DNA of 49,490 nucleotides, taken from positions 1 through 49,490 of the forward strand of contig CAZHIL010000522.1 in NCBI GenBank assembly GCA_964532985.1. The letters run 5' to 3'. Position numbers and translations under genes: made by a program. Below are positions 8,260 through 17,282 of the stretch, piece after piece; position 1 is the stretch's first letter; the number at the start of each line of letters is the position of its first letter. The notes beneath the pieces are model-generated. The model had not been told where the DNA came from. It did not search any database and saw only the letters and a program-made list of their open reading frames with translations. Origin of the DNA: an uncultured Albidovulum sp. (GTDB lineage Bacteria > Pseudomonadota > Alphaproteobacteria > Rhodobacterales > Rhodobacteraceae).

Positions 8260-9189
8260 TCAAGAGACTGAATCAGTGATATTCCTTCTGTCAGCAAAAG
8301 CTTGGCAAAGATAATCGACGAAAGCTATTGCAGATTGACTCAGTTTTTTATCTTTTTTCCAAACCAAACCTGTATCCATAGATGGTATTTGGTCAGATAC
8401 TTCTCTAACCTCTACGAACTGACCTTCAAGTGACCATGGGCGGTATACCATGTCTGAAAGTATAGTAATGCCCATTCCTGTCGCAACAAGACTACGAACT
8501 GCTTCAACTGAAGAGGTTGTGAACACGACATTGGGTCTGTAGGGGGTTTTTTCCCAATATTTCATGGCTGTTTGATTGGCTTCATCTACTGTAAGCATAA
8601 CGTAAGGCTCCATGGATAAATCCTTCAGGGAAATTATGCTGGAATTTCTTAAGGGATGATTTGTACTTAACCAAAGCCGCCTTCGTGATCTGGTAAGGGT
8701 TCTGGAAGAAAGAAGTTTTGTATTTTCCAGGTTTGAAACCAGCAAAACGCCAAGTTCATATTGATTACTGATTATTCCCTGCTCAATTTCCGTTCTTTGT
8801 TTTTCTATCAGATTAACCTTTACTTGTGGAAAGGTGCGGTTAAATCGCATCAACAAATCAGGTAGAAAGTAACCAGCAACAGTATAAGTTACACCGATAG
8901 TCACCTCGCCCTTGAGTGTATCGCCAGATCGTTTGAGCCCCCGCGAAGCTTCTGACACGGCAAACATGATGTTTTGTGCATGCCGTAAAAACTGGTGTCC
9001 CTCATAGGTTAACGTAATACCACCTGCCTTCCTATAAAAGAGAGGTGCCCCCAAATCATCCTCCAGATTGTTGATTGCTGTACTCACAGTTGATTGTGTA
9101 ACGTTGAGATTGGCGGCTGCTAGAGACAATTTTCCTGCCTCCGTGGCTGCAATGAAATAACGTATCTGTCGAAATGTAATTGCCATCAA
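8260..9189 (-). CDS. LysR-family transcriptional regulator
   Basis: The N-terminal HTH reads ITFRQIRYFIAATEAGKLSLAAANLNVTQSTVSTAINNLEDDLG. The length is ~300 aa. It is divergent from the ABC/carboxylase cluster. Confidence 0.9.
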   Translation of the reverse strand: MMAITFRQIRYFIAATEAGKLSLAAANLNVTQSTVSTAINNLEDDLGAPLFYRKAGGITLTYEGHQFLRHAQNIMFAVSEASRGLKRSGDTLKGEVTIGVTYTVAGYFLPDLLMRFNRTFPQVKVNLIEKQRTEIEQGIISNQYELGVLLVSNLENTKLLSSRTLTRSRRRLWLSTNHPLRNSSIISLKDLSMEPYVMLTVDEANQTAMKYWEKTPYRPNVVFTTSSVEAVRSLVATGMGITILSDMVYRPWSLEGQFVEVREVSDQIPSMDTGLVWKKDKKLSQSAIAFVDYLCQAFADRRNITDSVS

Positions 9190-9328
9190 AAAAATTGAAT
9201 TTAGTTAACAAAAAATATCATTTTACAAAAATATTTTTATCGATATTTTGTTACCTGTCAATTCCTTTATTCTATTTTGATACGAGAGAATTGGCTGGTT
9301 TTGAGTAAAATGAAAAGGTAGGTGTGAA

Positions 9329-10399
9329 ATGAAAAAAATTGTTGTTGGGGTCTCTGCTTTAGTAGGATTTTTGTTTACTTCAGCAGTATCGGCCGACGAT
9401 TGGTTTCCTTATTCGGTAGAAGTGTGGGATCCCCCATTTGATATGGCAAGTCCCAGAACCGTGGTAGATTATGTACCTTTGGAAAAGGCTGAACAGCAAT
9501 GGGACATTTGTGTTTCTTTTCCACATATGAAAGATGCATATTGGCTTGCGGTTGACTATGGGGTAGTCGCGGAATCAGAACGCTTGGGCGTCAAGATGCA
9601 GCTTGTAGAAGCTGGTGGCTATACCGAGTTGAACACACAAATATCCCAAATTGAAGATTGTGTGGCAAGAGGAGCTGACGCAGTTGTCATTGGGGCAATT
9701 TCATTTGATGGCTTGAATAATCTCGTGAGTGAAATTCGTTCACAGGGAATTCCGGTCATTGATGTAATCAACGGTATTTCATCGTCTGAATTGTCTGCCA
9801 AATCGCTGGTTTCATTTGGTGAGATGGGATACAAAGCTGGTGAATATCTGGCTAAACTTCATCCAGCGGGTTCGGGCAAGGTACAGGTTGCATGGTTCCC
9901 TGGTCCCCCGGGTGCTGGCTGGGTTGAAGCCGGAAATCTTGGATTCCAAGAAGCTGTAGCAGGTTCTGATATTGAAGTTGTTGAAACAAAATATGGCGAT
10001 ACGGGTAAGGAAATTCAGGCCAAGTTAGTGGAAGATACTTTGCAGGCTTATCCTGATATTTCCTACATTGCTGGTACCTCGCCGACAATTGCGGCTTCGA
10101 TCGGAATATTAAGGGCCAGAAATCTGACTGATCAGATTAACTTGGTGGCATATTATTTCACACCCGAGGTACATCGCGGAATTGTTAGAGGGCAAGTATT
10201 GGCTGCTCCAACCGATTCTGCCGTGATTCAGGGTCGAATTGCTATTGACCAAGCTGTCAGGATTTTGGAAGGCAAGGATTATGTCAAACATGCTGGACCA
10301 GCACTATATGTGATTGATTCAGATAATATAGACAGCGTGGACATGTCATCCTCACTTGCACCCGAAGGTTTCAAACCTGTCTTCACAGTAAATTATTGA
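9329..10399 (+). CDS. Periplasmic substrate-binding protein, TorT-like / sugar-type (Peripla_BP_4-like)
   Basis: It has a signal peptide (ALVGFLFTSAVSA). The segment ICVSFPHMKDAYWLAVDYGV...LVEAGGYTEL...GADAVVIGAIS resembles TorT/ribose-binding-fold proteins. It is followed by an ABC ATPase and a permease. Confidence 0.85.
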   Translation: MKKIVVGVSALVGFLFTSAVSADDWFPYSVEVWDPPFDMASPRTVVDYVPLEKAEQQWDICVSFPHMKDAYWLAVDYGVVAESERLGVKMQLVEAGGYTELNTQISQIEDCVARGADAVVIGAISFDGLNNLVSEIRSQGIPVIDVINGISSSELSAKSLVSFGEMGYKAGEYLAKLHPAGSGKVQVAWFPGPPGAGWVEAGNLGFQEAVAGSDIEVVETKYGDTGKEIQAKLVEDTLQAYPDISYIAGTSPTIAASIGILRARNLTDQINLVAYYFTPEVHRGIVRGQVLAAPTDSAVIQGRIAIDQAVRILEGKDYVKHAGPALYVIDSDNIDSVDMSSSLAPEGFKPVFTVNY

Positions 10400-10444
10400 T
10401 GACGGTTTTGGCCTATAAAAAAATTGAGGGAGGTCTCATTTGAA

Positions 10445-11944
10445 ATGGGGCCTTCCTTGCTTGAATTAAAAGGAATTAGCAAGAGTTTTTCAGGGGCATT
10501 GGCCCTTGATGAAGTTGACTTTTCAGTTGATTCAGGGGAAGTGCACGTCCTGTTTGGTGAGAATGGGGCGGGTAAATCAACCCTGATTTCAATTATTGCT
10601 GGTGCATTATCTCCAGACAAGGGAGTTTTTAATTTCAAAAACAATCAGATAGACATTTATTCAGTACACCATGCAAGATCACTGGGAATAAGTGCTGTTT
10701 TCCAGGAATTTTCTCTTGTACCTCAGATGACAGTGGAGGAAAATCTCTTTTTGGGTTCGGAAATATCCCGGTTCGGACTATTGAACAAACAAAAATCACA
10801 TAAGCAGGCTAAAGACATACTTGATAGGCTTGGCTTTGATTTGAAACCAAATCAACGTATTGATTTTCTGTCCCGTGCAGAACAACAGATGGTTGAAATT
10901 GCCAAGGCTTTCCGGGATGATTTGTCTGTACTGATCCTGGATGAACCAACTGCCTCCCTGACGGAAAAAGAAACTGAACAGCTCTTCGATTTGATTAATT
11001 TGGTGAAACAAGATGGCGTGGGGATAATTTATATCACCCACCGTATCAGTGAAATCAGACGGATCGGTGATCGGATCACCGTTTTGAGGGATGGTAAAAA
11101 AGTTGGAACCGCAGCCGCAGATGTACCTGAAAAGGAATTGGTACGAATGATGACCGGAAAGGTTTTCGACCAGATATTTCCCAAAATTGACTTTAAACCT
11201 GGCCGCAAGATATTGGAAATTAACAATCTTACAACGCGAAATGGTGCAGTACAGGATTTGTCATTAAACGTAAATGTGGGTGAAATAGTAGGAATTGCCG
11301 GTTTGGTTGGTTCGGGCAAATCTGATATTGGAAGGGCTTGTTTCGGACTTTTGGATATAGCTTCCGGGCAGGTTAACTTTGATGGCATAGATGTCAGTGG
11401 AAATTCACCAAGTGAAATGCTTGATTTGGGACTTTACTATATTCCTTCAGATCGGCGAGATGAAGGGTTAATCATGTCCAGGCCCTCTCGTGAAAGCGTG
11501 TCCATGTCTGCATTGTCAACCTCAGACTTTTCAAAAGGGTTATTTATAAGGTTACAACAAGAAAAAAAGAAAGCAAACGATCTAACCGGTAAAATGAATT
11601 TGCAACCGCACAATATTGAGAAAACACCAAATATGTTTTCTGGTGGCAATCAACAAAAAATCATGCTTACCAAATGCTTGACCCGTGAAGTTAAACTGTT
11701 TGTATTTGACGAGCCAACCGTAGGAGTCGATGTCGGAACCAGAATAGCTATCTATGAATTTATAGCAGAATTGTCTAAGAATGGCGCAGCGATTCTTGTT
11801 ATATCATCGGATTTGACAGAAATATTGCATCTCCCCAAAAGGGTTTATGTCATGTGCAGAGGTCATTTATCAGCGGAATTATCTGGTGAAGAACTTAACC
11901 AGGAAACGGTATTGGAACATTGTTTTGGGCATGAAGCTGCCTAA
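10445..11944 (+). CDS. Sugar-type ABC transporter ATP-binding protein (duplicated ATPase, CUT2-like)
   Basis: It has Walker A GENGAGKST and the signatures LSRAEQQMVEIAKA and FSGGNQQKIMLTK, indicating two nucleotide-binding domains. The start is taken at ATG 10445 after a GAGGGAGG RBS; the track uses TTG 10424. Confidence 0.9.
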   Translation: MGPSLLELKGISKSFSGALALDEVDFSVDSGEVHVLFGENGAGKSTLISIIAGALSPDKGVFNFKNNQIDIYSVHHARSLGISAVFQEFSLVPQMTVEENLFLGSEISRFGLLNKQKSHKQAKDILDRLGFDLKPNQRIDFLSRAEQQMVEIAKAFRDDLSVLILDEPTASLTEKETEQLFDLINLVKQDGVGIIYITHRISEIRRIGDRITVLRDGKKVGTAAADVPEKELVRMMTGKVFDQIFPKIDFKPGRKILEINNLTTRNGAVQDLSLNVNVGEIVGIAGLVGSGKSDIGRACFGLLDIASGQVNFDGIDVSGNSPSEMLDLGLYYIPSDRRDEGLIMSRPSRESVSMSALSTSDFSKGLFIRLQQEKKKANDLTGKMNLQPHNIEKTPNMFSGGNQQKIMLTKCLTREVKLFVFDEPTVGVDVGTRIAIYEFIAELSKNGAAILVISSDLTEILHLPKRVYVMCRGHLSAELSGEELNQETVLEHCFGHEAA

Positions 11945-11964
11945 AATATCAGGGTGTTAAATTA

Positions 11965-12984
11965 ATGGAAGCCAAAAGTCCCAAATCTCGAAATAAAATA
12001 AGCCATTACATCCGGACGGCATTTATCCGCCTCGGTGTATTACCTTTTCTCCTGGTTGCCGCAATCATCATATTTACTGCTTTGTCAGATAATTTTCTCA
12101 CTGGACGCAACCTTTTGAATGTCGTCCGTCAGTCCACCTATCTGGCTTTGGTAGCGGTTGGACAAATGTTTGCTTTGCTTACAGGTGGTTTTGATCTCTC
12201 GGTAGGTACAATTCTTGCCATAACATCAGTCGTCGGTGCTCTAGCAATGGCCACTGCATACTCATTCATGCCGGATGCATTGTTTCTGGTTATCACCATT
12301 GGAATTATAGCAGGTGTATTGGCCGGAACCATGATAGGAGTTGTTAACGGAATTGGTGTAGCCGTTTTCGATGTTTCACCATTTATGATGACTTTGGGGA
12401 TGGCTTCGGTTGGTTTTGGAATTGCTTTGTATTTGACAGGAGGAATACCAGTTTATGGTATGCCGATTGAATTTGGTGATATCTTTGGTTTTGGAACATT
12501 CTTTGGACTTCCTGTTCCAGTCCTCGTGGCATTTCTATTAATCCTGAGCATGTATATTGTTGTTGACCGAACTCGATTGGGACGACATTTTTATGCCGTA
12601 GGAGGGAATATAAAGGCATCGCATCTTTCAGGTATAAATACCAACCGCACTTTGTTTCTGGCGTATGTTTTTTCAGGATTTATGGCTGCGATATCGGGTA
12701 TTTTGCTCACAGCAAGACTTGATTCTGGCGAAGCCAATATAGGTGCTTCAATGCCTCTTGAATCTATTGCAGCTTGTGTTATCGCAGGTGTAAGTTTGAG
12801 AGGTGGAATTGGTAAGGTCGAGAATGTTGTTTTGGGTGCCTTGTTTATAGGAATTGTCCAAAATGGAATGAATTTGGCAAGGATAGAATCTTACCTACAG
12901 ATAGTTGTCATCGGTCTTCTCTTGATCTTTGCCGTTATTGTTGATCGTTTCCGTATAAAACTGTTAGCAAGCTATCAGGATTGA
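11965..12984 (+). CDS. ABC transporter permease (ribose/branched-chain BPD_transp_2 type)
   Basis: It is a multi-TM hydrophobic protein of ~340 aa. The segments GGFDLSVG and ARLDSGEANIG are typical of RbsC-like permeases. Confidence 0.9.
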   Translation: MEAKSPKSRNKISHYIRTAFIRLGVLPFLLVAAIIIFTALSDNFLTGRNLLNVVRQSTYLALVAVGQMFALLTGGFDLSVGTILAITSVVGALAMATAYSFMPDALFLVITIGIIAGVLAGTMIGVVNGIGVAVFDVSPFMMTLGMASVGFGIALYLTGGIPVYGMPIEFGDIFGFGTFFGLPVPVLVAFLLILSMYIVVDRTRLGRHFYAVGGNIKASHLSGINTNRTLFLAYVFSGFMAAISGILLTARLDSGEANIGASMPLESIAACVIAGVSLRGGIGKVENVVLGALFIGIVQNGMNLARIESYLQIVVIGLLLIFAVIVDRFRIKLLASYQD

Positions 12985-12986
12985 AA

Positions 12987-13991
12987 ATGGAAAAAATTAG
13001 AGCAGCTTCAGTTGGATTGGGTTGGTGGTCAAACGAACTCGCCAAATCCATCCAGGGAAAATCAGACCTGATAGAGATTGTATCTTGCTATTCACGCGAT
13101 CAGAGCAAGACCAGTGCATTTGCCAAGGAATTTGATACTAATCGCCACTCCTCCTATAAAGAGTTACTTTCCGACGAGAGTATAGATGCTGTTATTCTCA
13201 CAACACCTCATTCACTCCATGCCAAGCATGTAATTGAAGCAGCAAAATCAGGCAAGCATGTTTTTGTTGAAAAACCCTTCACCTTGACCTACGAAAGTGC
13301 AAGGAAGGCTATCAAGGCTTGTCAAGACGCAAAGGTTGTTTTAGCCATTGGACACAACAGAAGGTTTGCAAATTCAAGCAAAGAATTGAAACTTATGAGT
13401 GATACCGGTGATTTTGGTACCATGCTTCATTTGGAAGCAAACTTTTCAGCATCAAGTGCGATGGCCTACACGCCAGAAAAGTGGCGGGCAAACAGAGAAG
13501 AAAGCCCGGCTGGCGGTATAGCCGGTTTGGGCATACATTTAATTGATTTGATGTGCTGGATTGCTGGACCCATCGAAAGTGTAACTGCATTGGCCAAACG
13601 CAGGGTACTTTCCGTGGATATTGATGATACGACATCGGTATTGTTTGAATTTCAATCAGGTATGACTGGGTATTTGGGATGTATGTTTGCTGTACCTTAT
13701 ACAACAATCTTCAATATATACGGTACAAAAATGAATGCCTTTTCAGATATTGATGAAGACTTTTTTGCCGCAGTTACTATCGAGGGTAAACTTTACAATA
13801 ATAGTTTGGAAAAAATTGATACTCTCAAAGCTGAATTGGATGAATTTGCCAAGAGTTGTATGGGTGAATGTGCATTCAGGGTTACGCCCGCCCAAGCAGC
13901 AAGTAATGTCCGTGTTATGGAAGCGATAGCCAAATCGGCAAGCCTGGAAAGGAAAGTAAGGATAAATTCGACTTCGGAAAAAGTTTGGTAA
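12987..13991 (+). CDS. Gfo/Idh/MocA-family NAD(P)-dependent oxidoreductase
   Basis: It has an N-terminal Rossmann segment IRAASVGLGWW, the EKP motif (VFVEKPFT) and GHNRRF. Its ATG 12987 lies 3 nt after the permease stop. Confidence 0.85.
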   Translation: MEKIRAASVGLGWWSNELAKSIQGKSDLIEIVSCYSRDQSKTSAFAKEFDTNRHSSYKELLSDESIDAVILTTPHSLHAKHVIEAAKSGKHVFVEKPFTLTYESARKAIKACQDAKVVLAIGHNRRFANSSKELKLMSDTGDFGTMLHLEANFSASSAMAYTPEKWRANREESPAGGIAGLGIHLIDLMCWIAGPIESVTALAKRRVLSVDIDDTTSVLFEFQSGMTGYLGCMFAVPYTTIFNIYGTKMNAFSDIDEDFFAAVTIEGKLYNNSLEKIDTLKAELDEFAKSCMGECAFRVTPAQAASNVRVMEAIAKSASLERKVRINSTSEKVW

Positions 13992-14012
13992 TTCAAGTGA
14001 AAGGGTAAATTA

Positions 14013-14732
14013 GTGAAACCATTGATTAACTGTGATATGGGTGAAAGTTTCGGGCTATATAAACTAGGAGAAGATGATAAACTCATGCCACTGATTTCCA
14101 TGGCAAATGTTGCATGCGGATTTCATGGTTCCGATGCAAATCACATGCGTAAAACAGTACAGCTTGCCAAGGAAAACAATGTCAAGGTGGGTGCCCATCC
14201 CTCATTACCGGACTTGCAGGGGTTTGGACGCAGGGAAATGAAAATACCCCGCGAGGAATTGGCCAATATCCTGATTTACCAGATAGGTGCACTTGCAGGG
14301 ATGCTTAAGGCTGAAAATTATGAGTTAAATCATATCAAACCACATGGTGCTTTGTATGGAATGGCCGCAAGGGATGAAAACGTTGCGCATGCGATATGTG
14401 ATGCGGCAGATGTTTACAGGGTTCCATTGCTTGGCATGGTCAATACCTGTCATGAAAGGGTTTATAAAATGAGAGGCCATGACTTTTGGGCAGAATTCTA
14501 TGCAGATCTGGACTATAATGATGATGGCAGCTTGATCATAACAATGGAACATGTACCTGTCCCACCCGAGGAAGTTGAAAAAAGATGTGCCATGGCCTTC
14601 AAGGAGAACAAAACTCTTTCTGTAAATGGAAAAGAAGTTCAGGTTGGATGTGATTGTATTTGTGTCCATTCGGATACACCCAACGCAGTTGAAATTGCCA
14701 TGGTGGCCAAAAGAACCCTTCAGGCCTTATAG
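14013..14732 (+). CDS. LamB/YcsF-family lactam-utilisation protein (PxpA-like)
   Basis: The N-terminus LINCDMGESFG and the internal ACGFHGSD and KPHGALY are hallmark LamB/YcsF motifs. It has a GTG start. Confidence 0.85.
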   Translation: MKPLINCDMGESFGLYKLGEDDKLMPLISMANVACGFHGSDANHMRKTVQLAKENNVKVGAHPSLPDLQGFGRREMKIPREELANILIYQIGALAGMLKAENYELNHIKPHGALYGMAARDENVAHAICDAADVYRVPLLGMVNTCHERVYKMRGHDFWAEFYADLDYNDDGSLIITMEHVPVPPEEVEKRCAMAFKENKTLSVNGKEVQVGCDCICVHSDTPNAVEIAMVAKRTLQAL

Positions 14733-14772
14733 AACCAGAATCAAAATATCAGCAATTACGGAGTAAAGGATT

Positions 14773-15015
14773 ATGTCAGACAACACCATCCAGTCACCAC
14801 TTCCCGGTACATTCTATCGCAAACCGGCACCAGATCAACCTCCGTACAAGGAAGTTGGGGATACGGTCTCAGTAGGGGATACCATCGGGCTTATTGAGGT
14901 TATGAAATCATTTCATGAAATTCAGGCCGATAAAACCGGCACTATTGCTGCTTTTCTAGTTGCAAATGAGGATGCAGTTACAGCTGGACAATCTATCGTT
15001 GAACTGAAAATGTAA
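14773..15015 (+). CDS. Biotin carboxyl carrier protein-like (biotinyl/lipoyl domain only, 80 aa)
   Basis: The single biotinyl-domain pattern reads GDTVSVGDTIGLIEVMKSFHEIQADKTGTI. The candidate biotin-lysine lies in the VMKS context. It sits directly upstream of the biotin carboxylase. Confidence 0.8.
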   Translation: MSDNTIQSPLPGTFYRKPAPDQPPYKEVGDTVSVGDTIGLIEVMKSFHEIQADKTGTIAAFLVANEDAVTAGQSIVELKM

Positions 15016-15025
15016 ACTTGTAACG

Positions 15026-16384
15026 ATGTCGATTTCGAGTATTTTGATAGCCAATCGTGGGGAAATTGCGGTACGGATAATCCGAGCTTCGCAAGAGTTG
15101 GGGATGAGGACCATTCAAGTTTATTCCGAAGCAGATAAGGACTCCCTGCCTGTCATGATGGCAGATGAAGCTGTCAACATAGGACCTCCCCAACCCCTGA
15201 AATCCTATTTGAATCAGGATAAAATCATCGAAGTCGCACTGGATTCAGGAGCTGATGCGATACATCCTGGCTATGGTTTCCTTTCGGAAAACGGTTCATT
15301 TGCTGATAAGGTCAAAAAGGCGGGATTGAAATTTATTGGCCCCAAAGGGGAAACTATCAGTCAACTTGGGGATAAGGTAGTTGCTAGAAAACTGGCGGAG
15401 CAAAGTGGCCTCCCAACCGTTCCGGGAAGTAATGGTCTGGTTGAATCCCTTGAAATGGCCAAATCGGTTTTGAAGGAATTTGATTTTCCGGTTCTCATAA
15501 AGGCTGCGGCTGGTGGAGGTGGAAGAGGCATTCGGACCGTAAACGATTGGGAGGAATTCGAACGCTTGTTTCCCGTTGCAAGTCTTGAAGCAAAAACCTT
15601 TTTTGGTGACGGTGGATTGTTTGTTGAAAAATATCTGCCAAGACCGCGCCATATTGAGGTACAAGTTTTGGGGGATGGCGAAAATACGATCCATGTATTT
15701 GATAGAGAATGTTCACTTCAAAGGAGAAGGCAAAAGATTTGGGAAGAAGCCCCGGCTTCACCACTCAATGATGCGATACGCAATACCATTTGTACAAAGG
15801 CAAGGGATTTTGCCCACATGGTCGGTTATTGTGGAGCAGGTACAGTGGAATTCCTGTATGATGAAACAACCGAAGAATTTTATTTCCTTGAAATGAATAC
15901 GCGAATTCAAGTTGAACACCCGGTAACCGAAATGATAACCGGAATTGATTTGGTTCGTGAGGGTATTTCCATTGCCAATGGTAAAAAGATAAATATCAAG
16001 CAAAATGACATTGAGATCAGGGGGCATGCCATCGAATGTCGTATAAATGCCGAGGATCCAAGGAAAAACTTTTTACCCCAACCAGGGCATGTTGAAAAAC
16101 TGCGATCTCCCTCTGGCCCGGGCGTAAGATTTGATACAATGCTTTACCCAGGTTACAATATCCCACCATTTTATGATTCTCTTCTTGGAAAATTGATTGT
16201 TTGGGATGAAAACCGCAGCAACTGCATCAAGCGCATGAAACGAGCTTTGATTGAACTTGAAATAAGTGGAATAGAAACAACGAAAACCATTCATCAGGCC
16301 TTGATTGACGACCCTCAGGTAAGGCAAGGAGATGTATATACATCATTTCTTGATGACTGGTTGGTTAATGGGAAATTTATATAG
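15026..16384 (+). CDS. Biotin carboxylase (AccC-like ATP-grasp subunit)
   Basis: The motifs ILIANRGEIAVRIIRA, IHPGYGFLSEN, KAAAGGGGRGIR, EMNTRIQVEHPVTE and the ~450 aa length indicate a canonical biotin carboxylase. Confidence 0.9.
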   Translation: MSISSILIANRGEIAVRIIRASQELGMRTIQVYSEADKDSLPVMMADEAVNIGPPQPLKSYLNQDKIIEVALDSGADAIHPGYGFLSENGSFADKVKKAGLKFIGPKGETISQLGDKVVARKLAEQSGLPTVPGSNGLVESLEMAKSVLKEFDFPVLIKAAAGGGGRGIRTVNDWEEFERLFPVASLEAKTFFGDGGLFVEKYLPRPRHIEVQVLGDGENTIHVFDRECSLQRRRQKIWEEAPASPLNDAIRNTICTKARDFAHMVGYCGAGTVEFLYDETTEEFYFLEMNTRIQVEHPVTEMITGIDLVREGISIANGKKINIKQNDIEIRGHAIECRINAEDPRKNFLPQPGHVEKLRSPSGPGVRFDTMLYPGYNIPPFYDSLLGKLIVWDENRSNCIKRMKRALIELEISGIETTKTIHQALIDDPQVRQGDVYTSFLDDWLVNGKFI

Positions 16385-16406
16385 CTTATAAAAGGGAGTT
16401 TTGCTT

Positions 16407-17282
16407 ATGGGTACCAGATATTCTTTTGGAGGTGATGATCACATATTCGCTGAAGTTAGCGAGGAAATGTCACTGAATGCTTTTTTTAAAAGTCTGTCAA
16501 TGACAAAAGCAGTCAGGGAAAGCCAAATCAAGGGTTTGATAGAGATCTGCCCTGCCAACGCCTCATATCAAATTAAGTTTGACCCAGATCAAATCAAACC
16601 AAATGATCTTTTGGATGAATTGAAAAAAATCGAGGGCCTAACTTCAAAAACAGATGCGACATTGAAAACCCGAGTAATTGAGATTCCTGTGTTTTTCAAT
16701 GATCCCTGGACGCATGAAACCCTGATGCGTTTTCGAGAAAGGCATCAAGATCCCAATAGTACCGATATTGAGTTTGCTGCCAGCATCAACAACTTTGATT
16801 CAGTAGATTCCTTTATCGAGGCCTACACCAATTCACCCTGGTTTGTCAGTATGGTAGGATTTGTTGCAGGATTACCTTTCATGTATCAAATGGTTGAGAG
16901 GGAGCGGCAGATCGAGGTTCCGAAATACTTAAGACCTCGTACTGACACTCCAAAACTTACAGTAGGATATGGAGGGTGTTTTGCTTGTATATACTCGGTG
17001 AGAGGGGCAGGTGGGTATCAGATGTTCGGGATTACGCCGATGCCAATATTCGACCCCAAACAGGAAATCAATTACCTCCGCGATTTCATGGTTTTTTTCA
17101 ATCCTGGCGATATTGTCAAATTCAAGCCAATTGACCGTGAAGCCTATGACCATTATTGCGCCGAGGTGGAAGCCAACAGATTTGAACCGAAAACAATTGA
17201 TTTTGTCTTTGCCCTTGAAGAGTTTCAAAGCGGCATTGACGCATATAATCGCAAAATAGGGGAAAAGTTATATGTCAATTAA
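16407..17282 (+). CDS. KipI/PxpB-like protein (allophanate hydrolase subunit 1 / carboxyltransferase C-D subdomain family)
   Basis: The size, its position before a KipA-like gene, and the segment EIPVFFNDPW...GFVAGLPFMY fit the cyclophilin-like AHS1 family. ATG 16407 follows an AAGGGAG RBS. Confidence 0.75.
   Translation: MGTRYSFGGDDHIFAEVSEEMSLNAFFKSLSMTKAVRESQIKGLIEICPANASYQIKFDPDQIKPNDLLDELKKIEGLTSKTDATLKTRVIEIPVFFNDPWTHETLMRFRERHQDPNSTDIEFAASINNFDSVDSFIEAYTNSPWFVSMVGFVAGLPFMYQMVERERQIEVPKYLRPRTDTPKLTVGYGGCFACIYSVRGAGGYQMFGITPMPIFDPKQEINYLRDFMVFFNPGDIVKFKPIDREAYDHYCAEVEANRFEPKTIDFVFALEEFQSGIDAYNRKIGEKLYVN

Noticed and set aside
9205-9250. AT-rich inverted repeats (AAAAATAT/ATATTTTT and TATCGATA at 9238-9245) in the LysR/binding-protein divergent region, considered as a LysR box
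   Set aside because: This is plausible but cannot be distinguished from chance dyads in very AT-rich low-complexity DNA. No clear T-N11-A site could be singled out.
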